Source: a virus (taxonomy: Duplodnaviria; Caudoviricetes). Taken from it: 40,991 nucleotides of DNA. The DNA is taken from positions 1 through 40,991 of IMG/VR virus record IMGVR_UViG_3300044698_000201, one strand, 5' to 3'. Both the position numbers and the translations under genes were made by a program. Positions 27,752 to 36,064 of this stretch are shown here, piece after piece. The stretch's first letter is position 1, and every line of letters starts with the position of its first letter. The notes under the pieces are model-generated. The model was not told the DNA's origin and searched no databases. It saw only the letters and a program-made list of their open reading frames with translations.

Positions 27752-28098
27752 TGGCCCGTATCCGCAATCAGCAGCTCAAGATCTACCTCGACGAGGCCGA
27801 GGCCGCGCGTGTGACGCGGAAGCTGCGTCGCCGGACGTTCGCGGATCACATGCGGGCGCTCCTCGGCCTCGAGACGGTCGGATTCGACTTCCGCGGCGAG
27901 GGGCCGCACGCGCTCACGCCTGGCCAGGCGCGCGTCTCGGTGACCGACGAGGAGCGCGACGCCGTGCAGGCTCTCGCCGCCGAGGCCGGCATGCAGGCGA
28001 GCGACTACTGCCGCGCCCTGTTAGGCCTCTCTCGGCGCCATCGCGGCACCCACCGCGGTGGGGCGCCGCTCGGTAACAGGAATCGACGAGGGGAGTAA
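27751..28098 (+). CDS. Tandem ribbon-helix-helix DNA-binding protein (115 aa)
   Basis: Two RHH-like repeats: LKIYLDEAE..TFADHMRALLGL and RVSVTDEER..MQASDYCRALLGL; TGATG coupling. Confidence 0.68.
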   Translation: MARIRNQQLKIYLDEAEAARVTRKLRRRTFADHMRALLGLETVGFDFRGEGPHALTPGQARVSVTDEERDAVQALAAEAGMQASDYCRALLGLSRRHRGTHRGGAPLGNRNRRGE

Positions 28099-28190
28099 AC
28101 TGTGCTCCCATCAATGATCCACGGCCTCGAGGCGCAGCTTCATGCAACTTCCCTCCTTTAAGGAGAGTCGCCCGGTCGGCATCTCCTTCA

Positions 28191-28604
28191 TTACGAAACC
28201 TCCGCGAGCGTCTTCCTTGCCTGTGGTGAGAGCTTCCCTCCCGACATCTGATCGGTCTCGCGGATCACGATCACCGCGTCGAGTGCGCCGGCCTCGGACT
28301 CATCGAGAAGCGTGACCGTGGCCGACTGACCTGGAAAGGTTCCGAGTGCGTCACTCTTGTTCCGTGTCTGCGGGTCGGCGAGCGTGAAGTAGCGGTGGCC
28401 TTTCTCGAGCGCGAGCTCGGCGGCCCTTCGCAGCAGAAACTGCGATGTGCGCTCGGTCGAGGTGTAGCCGTTCCCCTGGAATCGCACCTGGTAAACATTC
28501 CCGGCGAGCTGCGTCTCCGAGAAACCACCACTCAGACCGAGCGGCTGATACGTGGTGCAGAATGTGGCAAATAGGGCGACGGAAAGAATGGCAACTCTGA
28601 GCAT
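28191..28604 (-). CDS. Lipoprotein, CC0125/CC1285-like (137 aa)
   Basis: Signal with ATFC lipobox-like site; YQP..GGFSETQL..N.Y.V.F.GNGYT....LLRRAAELAL..G..YF. Confidence 0.75.
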   Translation of the reverse strand: MLRVAILSVALFATFCTTYQPLGLSGGFSETQLAGNVYQVRFQGNGYTSTERTSQFLLRRAAELALEKGHRYFTLADPQTRNKSDALGTFPGQSATVTLLDESEAGALDAVIVIRETDQMSGGKLSPQARKTLAEVS

Positions 28605-28685
28605 GGACGGACTCCTTCCTCTTGACGTCGGAATCTCGCCCGTTCGGGAGACTCCCTCTGAAAGTTGTCTTCTCGTCGGCGCCCC

Positions 28686-29567
28686 TCAGCGCCGTTGCCG
28701 TGTGACCGGAGCGTGCACAATTGTTTGAACCGTACCGATCAAACGCCACGTTTCAGGATCACCGAGCTCCACGGGTTCGTTCGCCTCGTTGTCCTTCAGG
28801 AGGCGTACCCGGCTTTTCCGCCGGTCCCATCGGCCGATGATCGAACCCATTTCGTTCACGTAGACAGCCACCACCTCACCGTTTTTCGGATCCCGCTTTT
28901 TGGTGTCGATGAGCACTTTCCAGCCGTGCTCGAATGTCGGGCTCATCGAATCACCCGCGACCTTGATGACGCGGTGCAACGGGTCGCGGATCTCCCGGCC
29001 ATGAAGCAGAAAGCCGTTTTCGATGTCCGCGTCAGGGTTGATGCCCACCGGTCCGGCTGCGACTTCGTAGACCTGCACCTCGACCGCATGCAGCTCCCGT
29101 GGGTAGTCGAAGTCTCGCTCGATGAACTCGGACGGATCGACCGGAAACTCCTCCGTCCATCGAGGCTCCGTAGTGGGCGCCCCTTCGGCGAGTTCCTCTC
29201 CGGCCTCGTGTATTAACTTCCTCTCGGTCCGGGAACGCCGACCAGGTTTAACTGGTTGCCTAACGTTGGCTAGAACCCTGCCCGCGCGATCGAGGCTAAC
29301 CGTCGCATCTGTGATAAACCGCTTGAGCGCGACGAGATCGACTGAGTCCTCCTCCGGAATCAATTCAACCTCACCGATTTTGATCTGCTTCAGCTTCAGC
29401 GCTCTGGCAATCCGTCCGAGGACCTCGACCGATACGGACGCCGCGTCCTTCTCGACGGCCGACAAGTGCTGGCGACTGACGCCAGCCTCTCTGGCAAGTT
29501 CATCCTGGGTGAGAGACCTCTCCAGGCGAGCTTCGCGGATCGTGCGGCCGAGCATGGTGTAAACCAT
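28686..29567 (-). CDS. CI-like repressor (XRE HTH plus S24 domain; 293 aa)
   Basis: IREARLERSLTQDELAREAGVSRQHLSAVE HTH; VAAG cleavage site; VAGDSM; divergent from ner/cro. Confidence 0.9.
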   Translation of the reverse strand: MVYTMLGRTIREARLERSLTQDELAREAGVSRQHLSAVEKDAASVSVEVLGRIARALKLKQIKIGEVELIPEEDSVDLVALKRFITDATVSLDRAGRVLANVRQPVKPGRRSRTERKLIHEAGEELAEGAPTTEPRWTEEFPVDPSEFIERDFDYPRELHAVEVQVYEVAAGPVGINPDADIENGFLLHGREIRDPLHRVIKVAGDSMSPTFEHGWKVLIDTKKRDPKNGEVVAVYVNEMGSIIGRWDRRKSRVRLLKDNEANEPVELGDPETWRLIGTVQTIVHAPVTRQRR

Positions 29568-29613
29568 AGCTTACGTTCACCGAGGCCGTTCCGCAACTCT
29601 TGAATATTGTTTC

Positions 29614-29642
29614 TTGACAAGCTGACTTGCGTCAATTATCAT
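29614..29642 (+). promoter_or_regulatory. Early promoter overlapping a palindromic operator
   Basis: TTGACA-17 bp-TATCAT ending 7 nt before ATG 29650; imperfect palindrome TTGAC...GTCAA at 29614-29635. Confidence 0.75.
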
Positions 29643-29649
29643 TTACGTC

Positions 29650-29889
29650 ATGCAAGCGAAGGACAGGACGGACCTCGCCCGTTTCTTGCGCGAACAGGGA
29701 ATCGGCCTCAGCGAACTTGCACGTGAAGCAGGATTCTCGCGCGTCCATCTGCACAACGTCCGGGCCGGGAAGGTGGAGCCGTCACGTCAGTGCATCGCCG
29801 CCGTGACCGGTGCCCTCTGCCGAATCACCAATAAGCGCGTCAGGCCCGAGGACGTCTTCGATCTTCAGTCGACCAGGAGGGCCTCGTGA
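29650..29889 (+). CDS. Ner/Cro-like HTH repressor (79 aa)
   Basis: LARFLREQGI..SELAREAGFSRVHL..VRAG..EPS HTH; divergent from cI. Confidence 0.82.
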   Translation: MQAKDRTDLARFLREQGIGLSELAREAGFSRVHLHNVRAGKVEPSRQCIAAVTGALCRITNKRVRPEDVFDLQSTRRAS

Positions 29890-30680
29890 CGCTTCTTCTG
29901 CTGGTTGGTCTCCTGCTTTTTCTGTTTGGCTTGCTCGTTGGCCAGGAGTTCGGCGATCGCCAGACACCTTCACTCACCCCATCACACCTTCCGCCTCTCT
30001 GGGAGTATTTCTCGCCGCAACACTTCAACGAGAGGTGCACGGTGGTTTTTGACGAGCTGGCCGTGTCGCCGCCTAACGCTGGTGACGAGGACGAGATCGC
30101 CGACAACGTCCGAACGGTCGACCGCTACGGCCGACCGATCAGGGTGAGCAGCAGGAACCTCCTTGACGAGACGGGCTGCACATGCCGCGAGCGAAAGTTC
30201 CGGCCCACGCTCGGCAACGACGCAATCTGTGCGTGTCGAGTGCGGCGATTCTTCGACACTTATGGGCTGCGCGCCTGGCTCATCGAGAAAAAGCTGGGCA
30301 TTCGCCCCCGAACCGTGCGTGCATGGCGTGCCGGCCGTAGCGAACCATCTGCCGAAGAGAGGCGCGAGATCATCCGGCTCGCCCGCCAACTCCACCCTGG
30401 GAAATACCCCGTCACGGTTGCCGACGTGTGGCCCGCCGACGCCGCGACGCCTGAAGAGCAGCGAGCAATTGCTCTCGCGGAACGGCGCGTCGGTGGCATC
30501 GTGGAAGTCTTCAACTTCCATCAGACCTACAGCGGGTCGCTGCCCGGCCACCCCACCCCGACGCTTCTGGACATCGTGGTCTCAGCCTATCTGCAGGGCG
30601 TTCACGACACGGTGCAGCTCACGACCGAGCGCGGCTGGCTGACCCCCGATGGAGCTCCCCGGGAAACGGTGGACGCATGA
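29886..30680 (+). CDS. Hypothetical protein with N-terminal hydrophobic helix and internal Cro-like HTH (264 aa)
   Basis: MTLLLLVGLLLFLFGLLVG; CTC..CAC; RRFFDTYGL..LGIRPRTVRAWRAGRSEPS..VTVADVW parallels the upstream Ner. Confidence 0.6.
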   Translation: MTLLLLVGLLLFLFGLLVGQEFGDRQTPSLTPSHLPPLWEYFSPQHFNERCTVVFDELAVSPPNAGDEDEIADNVRTVDRYGRPIRVSSRNLLDETGCTCRERKFRPTLGNDAICACRVRRFFDTYGLRAWLIEKKLGIRPRTVRAWRAGRSEPSAEERREIIRLARQLHPGKYPVTVADVWPADAATPEEQRAIALAERRVGGIVEVFNFHQTYSGSLPGHPTPTLLDIVVSAYLQGVHDTVQLTTERGWLTPDGAPRETVDA

Positions 30681-31215
30681 GCGCGAACGCGGAACCGATG
30701 CGCGCTCTTCGCCACTTCAGGGTGGGGGCATCCTGGGCGACGGAAGTCGAATACAGGCCGGTCGTTCGGGATCAGGAAGCAACCCTCGCAGTCTGGTTCA
30801 TTCACGCGCCGGGGCTTTCGATCGCCTGGAGTGAGTTCGTGCTCTCGCTCGTTCACCTGCGTCCGATCGAAGGGGTCAGGCCGGCATTCCTGAGTTACCC
30901 GGAAGCGGAGTACGAGCTGATGGTCATGGCGCTCGACCCGCAGCCGAAGCCGGTGCCCGGCGACGTGTCGACCTGGCACTTCCTCCGGCCCGTGAACGTG
31001 GTGGTGCAGTTCCACGGGTGCTCCGATGCGGAGGCGAAGGAGATTGCCTGCGGTTGTGCCAACGCGGCACTCACGGGCTACCTCGCGCTCGAGCCGGATG
31101 GAATCGCCGGAGCGCGTGAGCAGTGGCACGCGTCGATCGTCGCGACGGTCGATCACTACCGGGGCAAGCACCCAGACGGGGACGTCCCCACGGAAACGGT
31201 GGACGCATGAGCGCG
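30662..31215 (+). repeat. 24-bp direct repeats bracketing ORF 30677-31210
   Basis: GGAAACGGTGGACGCATGAGCGCG at 30662-30685 and 31192-31215. Confidence 0.9.
30677..31210 (+). CDS. Hypothetical protein (177 aa)
   Basis: ATGA-coupled at both ends; globular composition. Confidence 0.72.
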   Translation: MSANAEPMRALRHFRVGASWATEVEYRPVVRDQEATLAVWFIHAPGLSIAWSEFVLSLVHLRPIEGVRPAFLSYPEAEYELMVMALDPQPKPVPGDVSTWHFLRPVNVVVQFHGCSDAEAKEIACGCANAALTGYLALEPDGIAGAREQWHASIVATVDHYRGKHPDGDVPTETVDA

Positions 31216-31305
31216 CGCCGCCTGACAGATGTCGCTCTCTTCCTCGTTGGCTCGTTGATCGGCTGGCTTCTCGTGCGCCTTTACGTGTTCGGAGGGTCGC
31301 GATGA
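31207..31305 (+). CDS. Small TM peptide (32 aa)
   Basis: MSARRLTDVALFLVGSLIGWLLVRLYVFGGSR; ATGA-coupled at both ends. Confidence 0.55.
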   Translation: MSARRLTDVALFLVGSLIGWLLVRLYVFGGSR

Positions 31306-31775
31306 CGCGGTTCACGCGCGAGGAGCTGCACGCGATGCTCTCGGCGCTCTGCTATGTACAGACGCTCGAGGAAGCCGAAGGAGGGCTCGACGCCTCGTTC
31401 CTGGCGCGCTTCCCCGCGGTCGATCTCGACGCGCTGATGGATGCATTTGATCGTTGCGGCGAGCATCTCGCCTGGGTCCGCAGTGAAGACTGGGCCGCCG
31501 AAGCCGAGGCGGAAGGCGCGGATATCTCGGCGCACGTGACCCGGCAAATGCCTCCGCCGGCGGCCTGGACGCGTGCCGAGCTGCGTGAGGTGCTGCGCGC
31601 GCTCGATTACGCACTCACTCCGTCAGGCGAGCTGACCGCACGCTTCGCCTGGACCTTCGAAGGGGATGTGGCCCGGGGCGAGCTCACGGCAGAACACGTG
31701 GACCAAGCCGCCGTCAGGTGCACCGCCATCCTCTACGAGCTCGCCGCACGGAGAGAACGGAGGCCGGCGCGATGA
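31302..31775 (+). CDS. Hypothetical protein with internal duplication (157 aa)
   Basis: GGAGG RBS; FTREELHAMLSALCY and WTRAELREVLRALDY repeats. Confidence 0.62.
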   Translation: MTRFTREELHAMLSALCYVQTLEEAEGGLDASFLARFPAVDLDALMDAFDRCGEHLAWVRSEDWAAEAEAEGADISAHVTRQMPPPAAWTRAELREVLRALDYALTPSGELTARFAWTFEGDVARGELTAEHVDQAAVRCTAILYELAARRERRPAR

Positions 31776-31927
31776 CCGACCCCTGGATCGTCGACCTCGT
31801 CTTCGACCTGTTGGTGCTGTTCTGGTTCCTTCTGTGTAGATTTGTCGCCGAGCTCATCGGCCTCTGGTGTGGTCTCGCCATTCTGGACTTCTTCGGGCTG
31901 ATGCGTTTCCCGTGGAGGTCCCGATGA
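31772..31927 (+). CDS. Small hydrophobic membrane protein (51 aa)
   Basis: MTDPWIVDLVFDLLVLFWFLL...; coupled to the transposase start. Confidence 0.55.
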   Translation: MTDPWIVDLVFDLLVLFWFLLCRFVAELIGLWCGLAILDFFGLMRFPWRSR

Positions 31928-34206
31928 CCTGGCTCTCGGTGGAAGCCGCGGCGCTGCTCCTCGGGTACTCGGAGGGGAATGTCCGCCGCCTCGCGCGCCT
32001 GGGTAAGTACGAGTCGCGCCGGGTGACGAGCGGCAAGAATGCGCTCGCACTCGAGATCCGCCTGACATCACTCGGCCCCGCGGCCGTGGCACGCTGGATC
32101 GCAGAGCACCCCGAGGCGGGGCAGCCTGAAGCAGGAGAATCGCAGCAGCAGGAAGCGGATTGCCGTAAGCCGGCGTCGTCGTGGTCTGACGCGCCGCAGC
32201 CCGTTCGTGACCGCGCGGTTCTCCGGCTCGAGGCCGTCCTCTCGTGGCGCGAGGCCGAGGCCCGCGCGCGCACCTTCTCACCTCCAGGGCCGATTGCGCA
32301 GGCTCGCGAGGCGTGGCTTGCCGAGTTCGCTCGCAGGCATCCTCGGATGAAGGTCTCGCTCGCGAGTGTCAGGCGCTGGGACGCGGCGTATCGCTCCCAC
32401 GGGAGAGACGGCCTCCTCGACGGCAACGACGGTTCGGCGCGCGCGGGCCGGTTGACGATCGCACCGCACCACCTCGATGAGTTTCGCGCCGAGTACTTGC
32501 AACCGTCGCGCCCCACAATCGCTGGCTCCTACACCCGGGTCAAGCAGGCGGCAACCGCCCGTGGCGAGGAGATTGCGTCCTACCACGCTTTCCGCCGGCA
32601 CGTGGAGACGATTCCGCAGCGCGTGCTGGCCGCGTTCCGCGAAGAGGCCGACTCGTCGATCCGTCCCTACGTGATTCGCGAGTACGACTCGCTGCCTGCC
32701 TATCACACTCTCCAGAGCGACCACCATCAGATTGATGTCGCCGTGCACTGCGGCGACCCGCTCTGCAATGTCGGTCATTACCCGTGGTGGACGGTCTGGG
32801 TGGATGTGCGTTCACGGCGGATCCTCGCCTCGGAGTTGTACGTCGGTAATCCGAATTCCAGGCGCGTCCTCTCCCCCCTGAAGCGGTGTTTCCTCGCCGA
32901 AGGCCCGTGCGTCCGGCTCTATCTGGATAACGGCCTCGACTACAAGAAGGCTGCCGGGTGGGGTGTCAGGCATCGCGCATGGGGAAAGGCGAGGAAAGAG
33001 TTCCTCGCACTGGCTGACTGGACCGAAGAGCGGCTCCTCAACCGGTTCGCTCCCGTCGGGGCGGAGGTCATGTTCGCCACACCCTACAACGCGCAGGCAA
33101 AGCTGCTCGAGCGCACGTTCAAGACGTGGATCGGTCAATTCCACCGTTCGTTCGAGAGCTACCGCGGCGAGCTGGGTCAGCGGAGTGAGCGTGCGGAGTA
33201 CCTGCGCAAGCACCCCCATGAGCTCCCGACTCTCGGCGAGCTCGTCCTCGATCTCGACAGACAGATCGCCGAGTACAACGCGACGCCTCACCGTGGCCGC
33301 GGGATGAAAGGACGGTGCCCGGACGAGGTCTTCAACGCTCATCGCGCACCGCGCCGTGATGTGGACCCCATGGCGCTCGCGCTCGTCTTTTACGACGTCA
33401 TTGATCGCACTGTCAGGCGTGAGGGTGTGCAGTTCAAACCGCCGGGCTCCGCGTGGGAGAGTCAGTTCTTCAAGCTCGATGACGACAAGGTCTCCGCCGA
33501 CTGGTTTGGGCGGAAGGTCCTGGTCTGGTACGACGAGGATGACCTCTCGGAGCTCGTCGTCACCGACCTCGAGCGCCGGTTCCTGTCTCTCGCGCGTCCA
33601 CGCGAGCTCGCGTCGAATTTCACGTCAGACGAGCACACGGTTGACGCGATCAAGGCCAAGAACCGCGAGTGGGCCGCAATCAAGCGTCTCATCGCCGCGG
33701 AGAACCCCGCGGCTGGCAGGCACCTCGAGAGCGTGGCCTCGTCGGTCGAGGATTACCACCAGCTCCGCGAGGCACAGCAACAGCGGCAGGTTGCCGCTGC
33801 TGGCGGGGCGTCGTCAGGCGTCGTCCATCTCTTACCTCACGAATCCAAGCTGTCCCGCCAAGTCGAAGAGGCGCGCACGCGCGTCCGTAGTGAGTCAGGC
33901 GTCCTCCACATCTCCTCTGCCGACCTCGAACTTGCCCGCCAGATCGAAGGTCCCTCCAACGAACAACTGCAGGACTATGCCCGCCGGAGCGCGTTCGCGC
34001 TCTCTGAGCCCTACCACCGGTCCGGCAGAGGGGATGTGGAGGACGCGGGCCCGGAGCCGGTCGATCTCGCGGCGCGGCGCCATGAGCGCGCACTCGACGA
34101 GAAGATCGAGGCGGGGCTCTGCGGGTTCGATCTCGATTGTGAGGCACCCATCTTCGCCGAATACGTCTGCGAGGAGCACTGGAACCAGCTTTACGCCCGC
34201 GATTAA
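31924..34206 (+). CDS. MuA-like DDE transposase (760 aa)
   Basis: N-terminal wHTH; QSD266HH, LYLD335NG and KLLE396R.F (cf. MuA D269/D336/E392); YN..PHRG.GM; C-terminal V.V.YD..DLS domain. Confidence 0.95.
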   Translation: MTWLSVEAAALLLGYSEGNVRRLARLGKYESRRVTSGKNALALEIRLTSLGPAAVARWIAEHPEAGQPEAGESQQQEADCRKPASSWSDAPQPVRDRAVLRLEAVLSWREAEARARTFSPPGPIAQAREAWLAEFARRHPRMKVSLASVRRWDAAYRSHGRDGLLDGNDGSARAGRLTIAPHHLDEFRAEYLQPSRPTIAGSYTRVKQAATARGEEIASYHAFRRHVETIPQRVLAAFREEADSSIRPYVIREYDSLPAYHTLQSDHHQIDVAVHCGDPLCNVGHYPWWTVWVDVRSRRILASELYVGNPNSRRVLSPLKRCFLAEGPCVRLYLDNGLDYKKAAGWGVRHRAWGKARKEFLALADWTEERLLNRFAPVGAEVMFATPYNAQAKLLERTFKTWIGQFHRSFESYRGELGQRSERAEYLRKHPHELPTLGELVLDLDRQIAEYNATPHRGRGMKGRCPDEVFNAHRAPRRDVDPMALALVFYDVIDRTVRREGVQFKPPGSAWESQFFKLDDDKVSADWFGRKVLVWYDEDDLSELVVTDLERRFLSLARPRELASNFTSDEHTVDAIKAKNREWAAIKRLIAAENPAAGRHLESVASSVEDYHQLREAQQQRQVAAAGGASSGVVHLLPHESKLSRQVEEARTRVRSESGVLHISSADLELARQIEGPSNEQLQDYARRSAFALSEPYHRSGRGDVEDAGPEPVDLAARRHERALDEKIEAGLCGFDLDCEAPIFAEYVCEEHWNQLYARD

Positions 34207-34227
34207 CGCGGGAGAAAGGAGTCTTGA

Positions 34228-35250
34228 ATGACCGTTGCAGAGGCACTCAGTATCGTGGAGACCGGACAAAGAAAAGGCTCGCTGTCGGGCAGCGAGCCAA
34301 CGTCCGCGGACCGCATCGCGTCGGTGAGGGACCGGCTTAATCGTACCACGGATGTGACGGACAAGGAACTGAACAAGGCGACGACGTACTCGCTCTCGAC
34401 CTTGAGCCAGTTCCGCAACAATAAATATACGGGCAACAACACCGAGGTTGCGGCGGCGATCGAGGAGTACCTCAATCTTCGCGAGGCGCAGGCAGCGATC
34501 TCGGCGCACGAGTTCGTGCCGACGACGATCTCGCGGCGGATCGAGAGGGCGATCGCGGTGGCGGAGACGACGCGGCGGATCGCGGTGCTCGCGATCTCGG
34601 CCGGGTGCGGGAAGACGGCGACGATCCGCCAGTATCAGCTGCGCCAGGCGGGACGGGCGCGGTCGGTCTACATCTCGTGCTCGCCCGACCTCTCGAACAT
34701 CCACCTCCTGATGCAGGAGCTCTACTTCGCTCTCACCCGCACGGAGCACAACAAGAAGTCGCAGCTGCGGCGCGAGCTCGTCGGGATTCTGACGGGGACG
34801 AACCGCACGATCTTCATCGACGAGGCGCAGCACCTGACGGCCGAGGGCGCCGAGATGCTGCGGTGCATCGCGGACCAGGCGAACGTCGCGATGGTGCTCT
34901 CCGGCAACGAGTCGATCTACGAGCACGGATCGAATGGCAAGCGGCGGAGCGCGGCCGCTCATACGCAGTTTGCCTCCCGCGTGGTGCAGCGCGTGTGTCT
35001 CTCGTCCACACACATCGCGAAGAGCGACGTGAAGGTCATCGCCGCGCAGTTCCTGGACGCGGCGACGGTGGAGGACACGCTCGACATGCTGGTCGAGGAG
35101 ACGCGCGGGCGCGGCCGTCAGGCGGGCGGGTTCAGACGCCTGGTCACGATTCTCACGCTCGCACAGATCTCGGCCGCACCTCGGCCTGTCAGGCGCGCGC
35201 ACATCATCCGGGCAATCCAGGACCTCGAGGACGACGGGGGTGAGTCATGA
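34228..35250 (+). CDS. MuB-like AAA+ transposition ATPase (340 aa)
   Basis: N-terminal HTH (STLSQF.N.KY.G); Walker A AISAGCGKT; Walker B IFIDEAQHL; LR.I.D. Confidence 0.93.
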   Translation: MTVAEALSIVETGQRKGSLSGSEPTSADRIASVRDRLNRTTDVTDKELNKATTYSLSTLSQFRNNKYTGNNTEVAAAIEEYLNLREAQAAISAHEFVPTTISRRIERAIAVAETTRRIAVLAISAGCGKTATIRQYQLRQAGRARSVYISCSPDLSNIHLLMQELYFALTRTEHNKKSQLRRELVGILTGTNRTIFIDEAQHLTAEGAEMLRCIADQANVAMVLSGNESIYEHGSNGKRRSAAAHTQFASRVVQRVCLSSTHIAKSDVKVIAAQFLDAATVEDTLDMLVEETRGRGRQAGGFRRLVTILTLAQISAAPRPVRRAHIIRAIQDLEDDGGES

Positions 35251-35818
35251 TCACCACTGTCGCCGCCGTCGTCGCCGCTACCGAGTGTGCGCACCGCTGG
35301 TGGCCACGTCCTGACATCGGCCCGGACTACAAGAAGGCTGCCGGGTGGGGTGTCAGGCATCGCGCATGGGGAAAGGCGAGGAAAGAGTTCCTCGCACTGG
35401 CTGACTGGACCGAAGAGCGGCTCCTCAACCGGTTCGCTCCCGTCGGGGCGGAGGTCATGTTCGCCACACCCTACAACGCGCAGGCAAAGCTGCTCGAGCG
35501 CACGTTCAAGACGTGGATCGGTCAATTCCACCGTTCGTTCGAGAGCTACCGCGGCGAGCTGGGTCAGCGGAGTGAGCGTGCGGAGTACCTGCGCAAGCAC
35601 CCCCATGAGCTCCCGACTCTCGGCGAGCTCGTCCTCGATCTCGACAGACAGATCGCCGAGTACAACGCGACGCCTCACCGTGGCCGCGGGATGAAAGGAC
35701 GGGCAATCCAGGACCTCGAGGACGACGGGGGTGAGTCATGATCACCACTGTCGCCGCCGTCGTCGCCGCTACCGAGTGTGCGCACCGCTGGTGGCCACGT
35801 CCTGACATCGGCCCGGAC
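35209..35818 (+). repeat. 119-bp direct repeats (35209-35327, 35700-35818) enclosing an exact 378-bp copy of transposase 32938-33315
   Basis: Base-by-base identity; 3-bp microhomologies GAC and CGG at the junctions. Confidence 0.95.
35247..35741 (+). CDS. Chimeric protein: 27 aa of downstream gene + transposase aa 339-464 + MuB C-terminal tail (164 aa)
   Basis: Open frame across both junctions; ATGA-coupled at both ends. Confidence 0.6.
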   Translation: MITTVAAVVAATECAHRWWPRPDIGPDYKKAAGWGVRHRAWGKARKEFLALADWTEERLLNRFAPVGAEVMFATPYNAQAKLLERTFKTWIGQFHRSFESYRGELGQRSERAEYLRKHPHELPTLGELVLDLDRQIAEYNATPHRGRGMKGRAIQDLEDDGGES

Positions 35819-36064
35819 GTCGTGCGCTGCACGAACTGCGCGATGACGGTGCCGGTGCGCGAGCTCAGCGAGCGCGAGCGCGTGAAGGCGTTCGCCGCAC
35901 ATGTCGTCCGCGTCTACCTCGAATCGGGAACGCAGCCGAAGGGTGGGCCGGCGAGCTTCGCGAGCGGGCAGTGGAAGGTCTACGTCTCGCAGCACGAATA
36001 CGCGGCCAGCCTCGAGCAGGACTTCTGGGAAACCTTCAACCGTGAGTCGGAGGTGCTCCTGTGA
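35738..36064 (+). CDS. Hypothetical zinc-ribbon-like protein (108 aa)
   Basis: CxH..W...CxxC; ATGA-coupled. Confidence 0.65.
   Translation: MITTVAAVVAATECAHRWWPRPDIGPDVVRCTNCAMTVPVRELSERERVKAFAAHVVRVYLESGTQPKGGPASFASGQWKVYVSQHEYAASLEQDFWETFNRESEVLL

Noticed and set aside
32938-35702. Duplicated 378-bp segment as a DGR template/variable repeat pair
   Set aside because: The copies are identical with no adenine-specific differences, and no reverse transcriptase is present.
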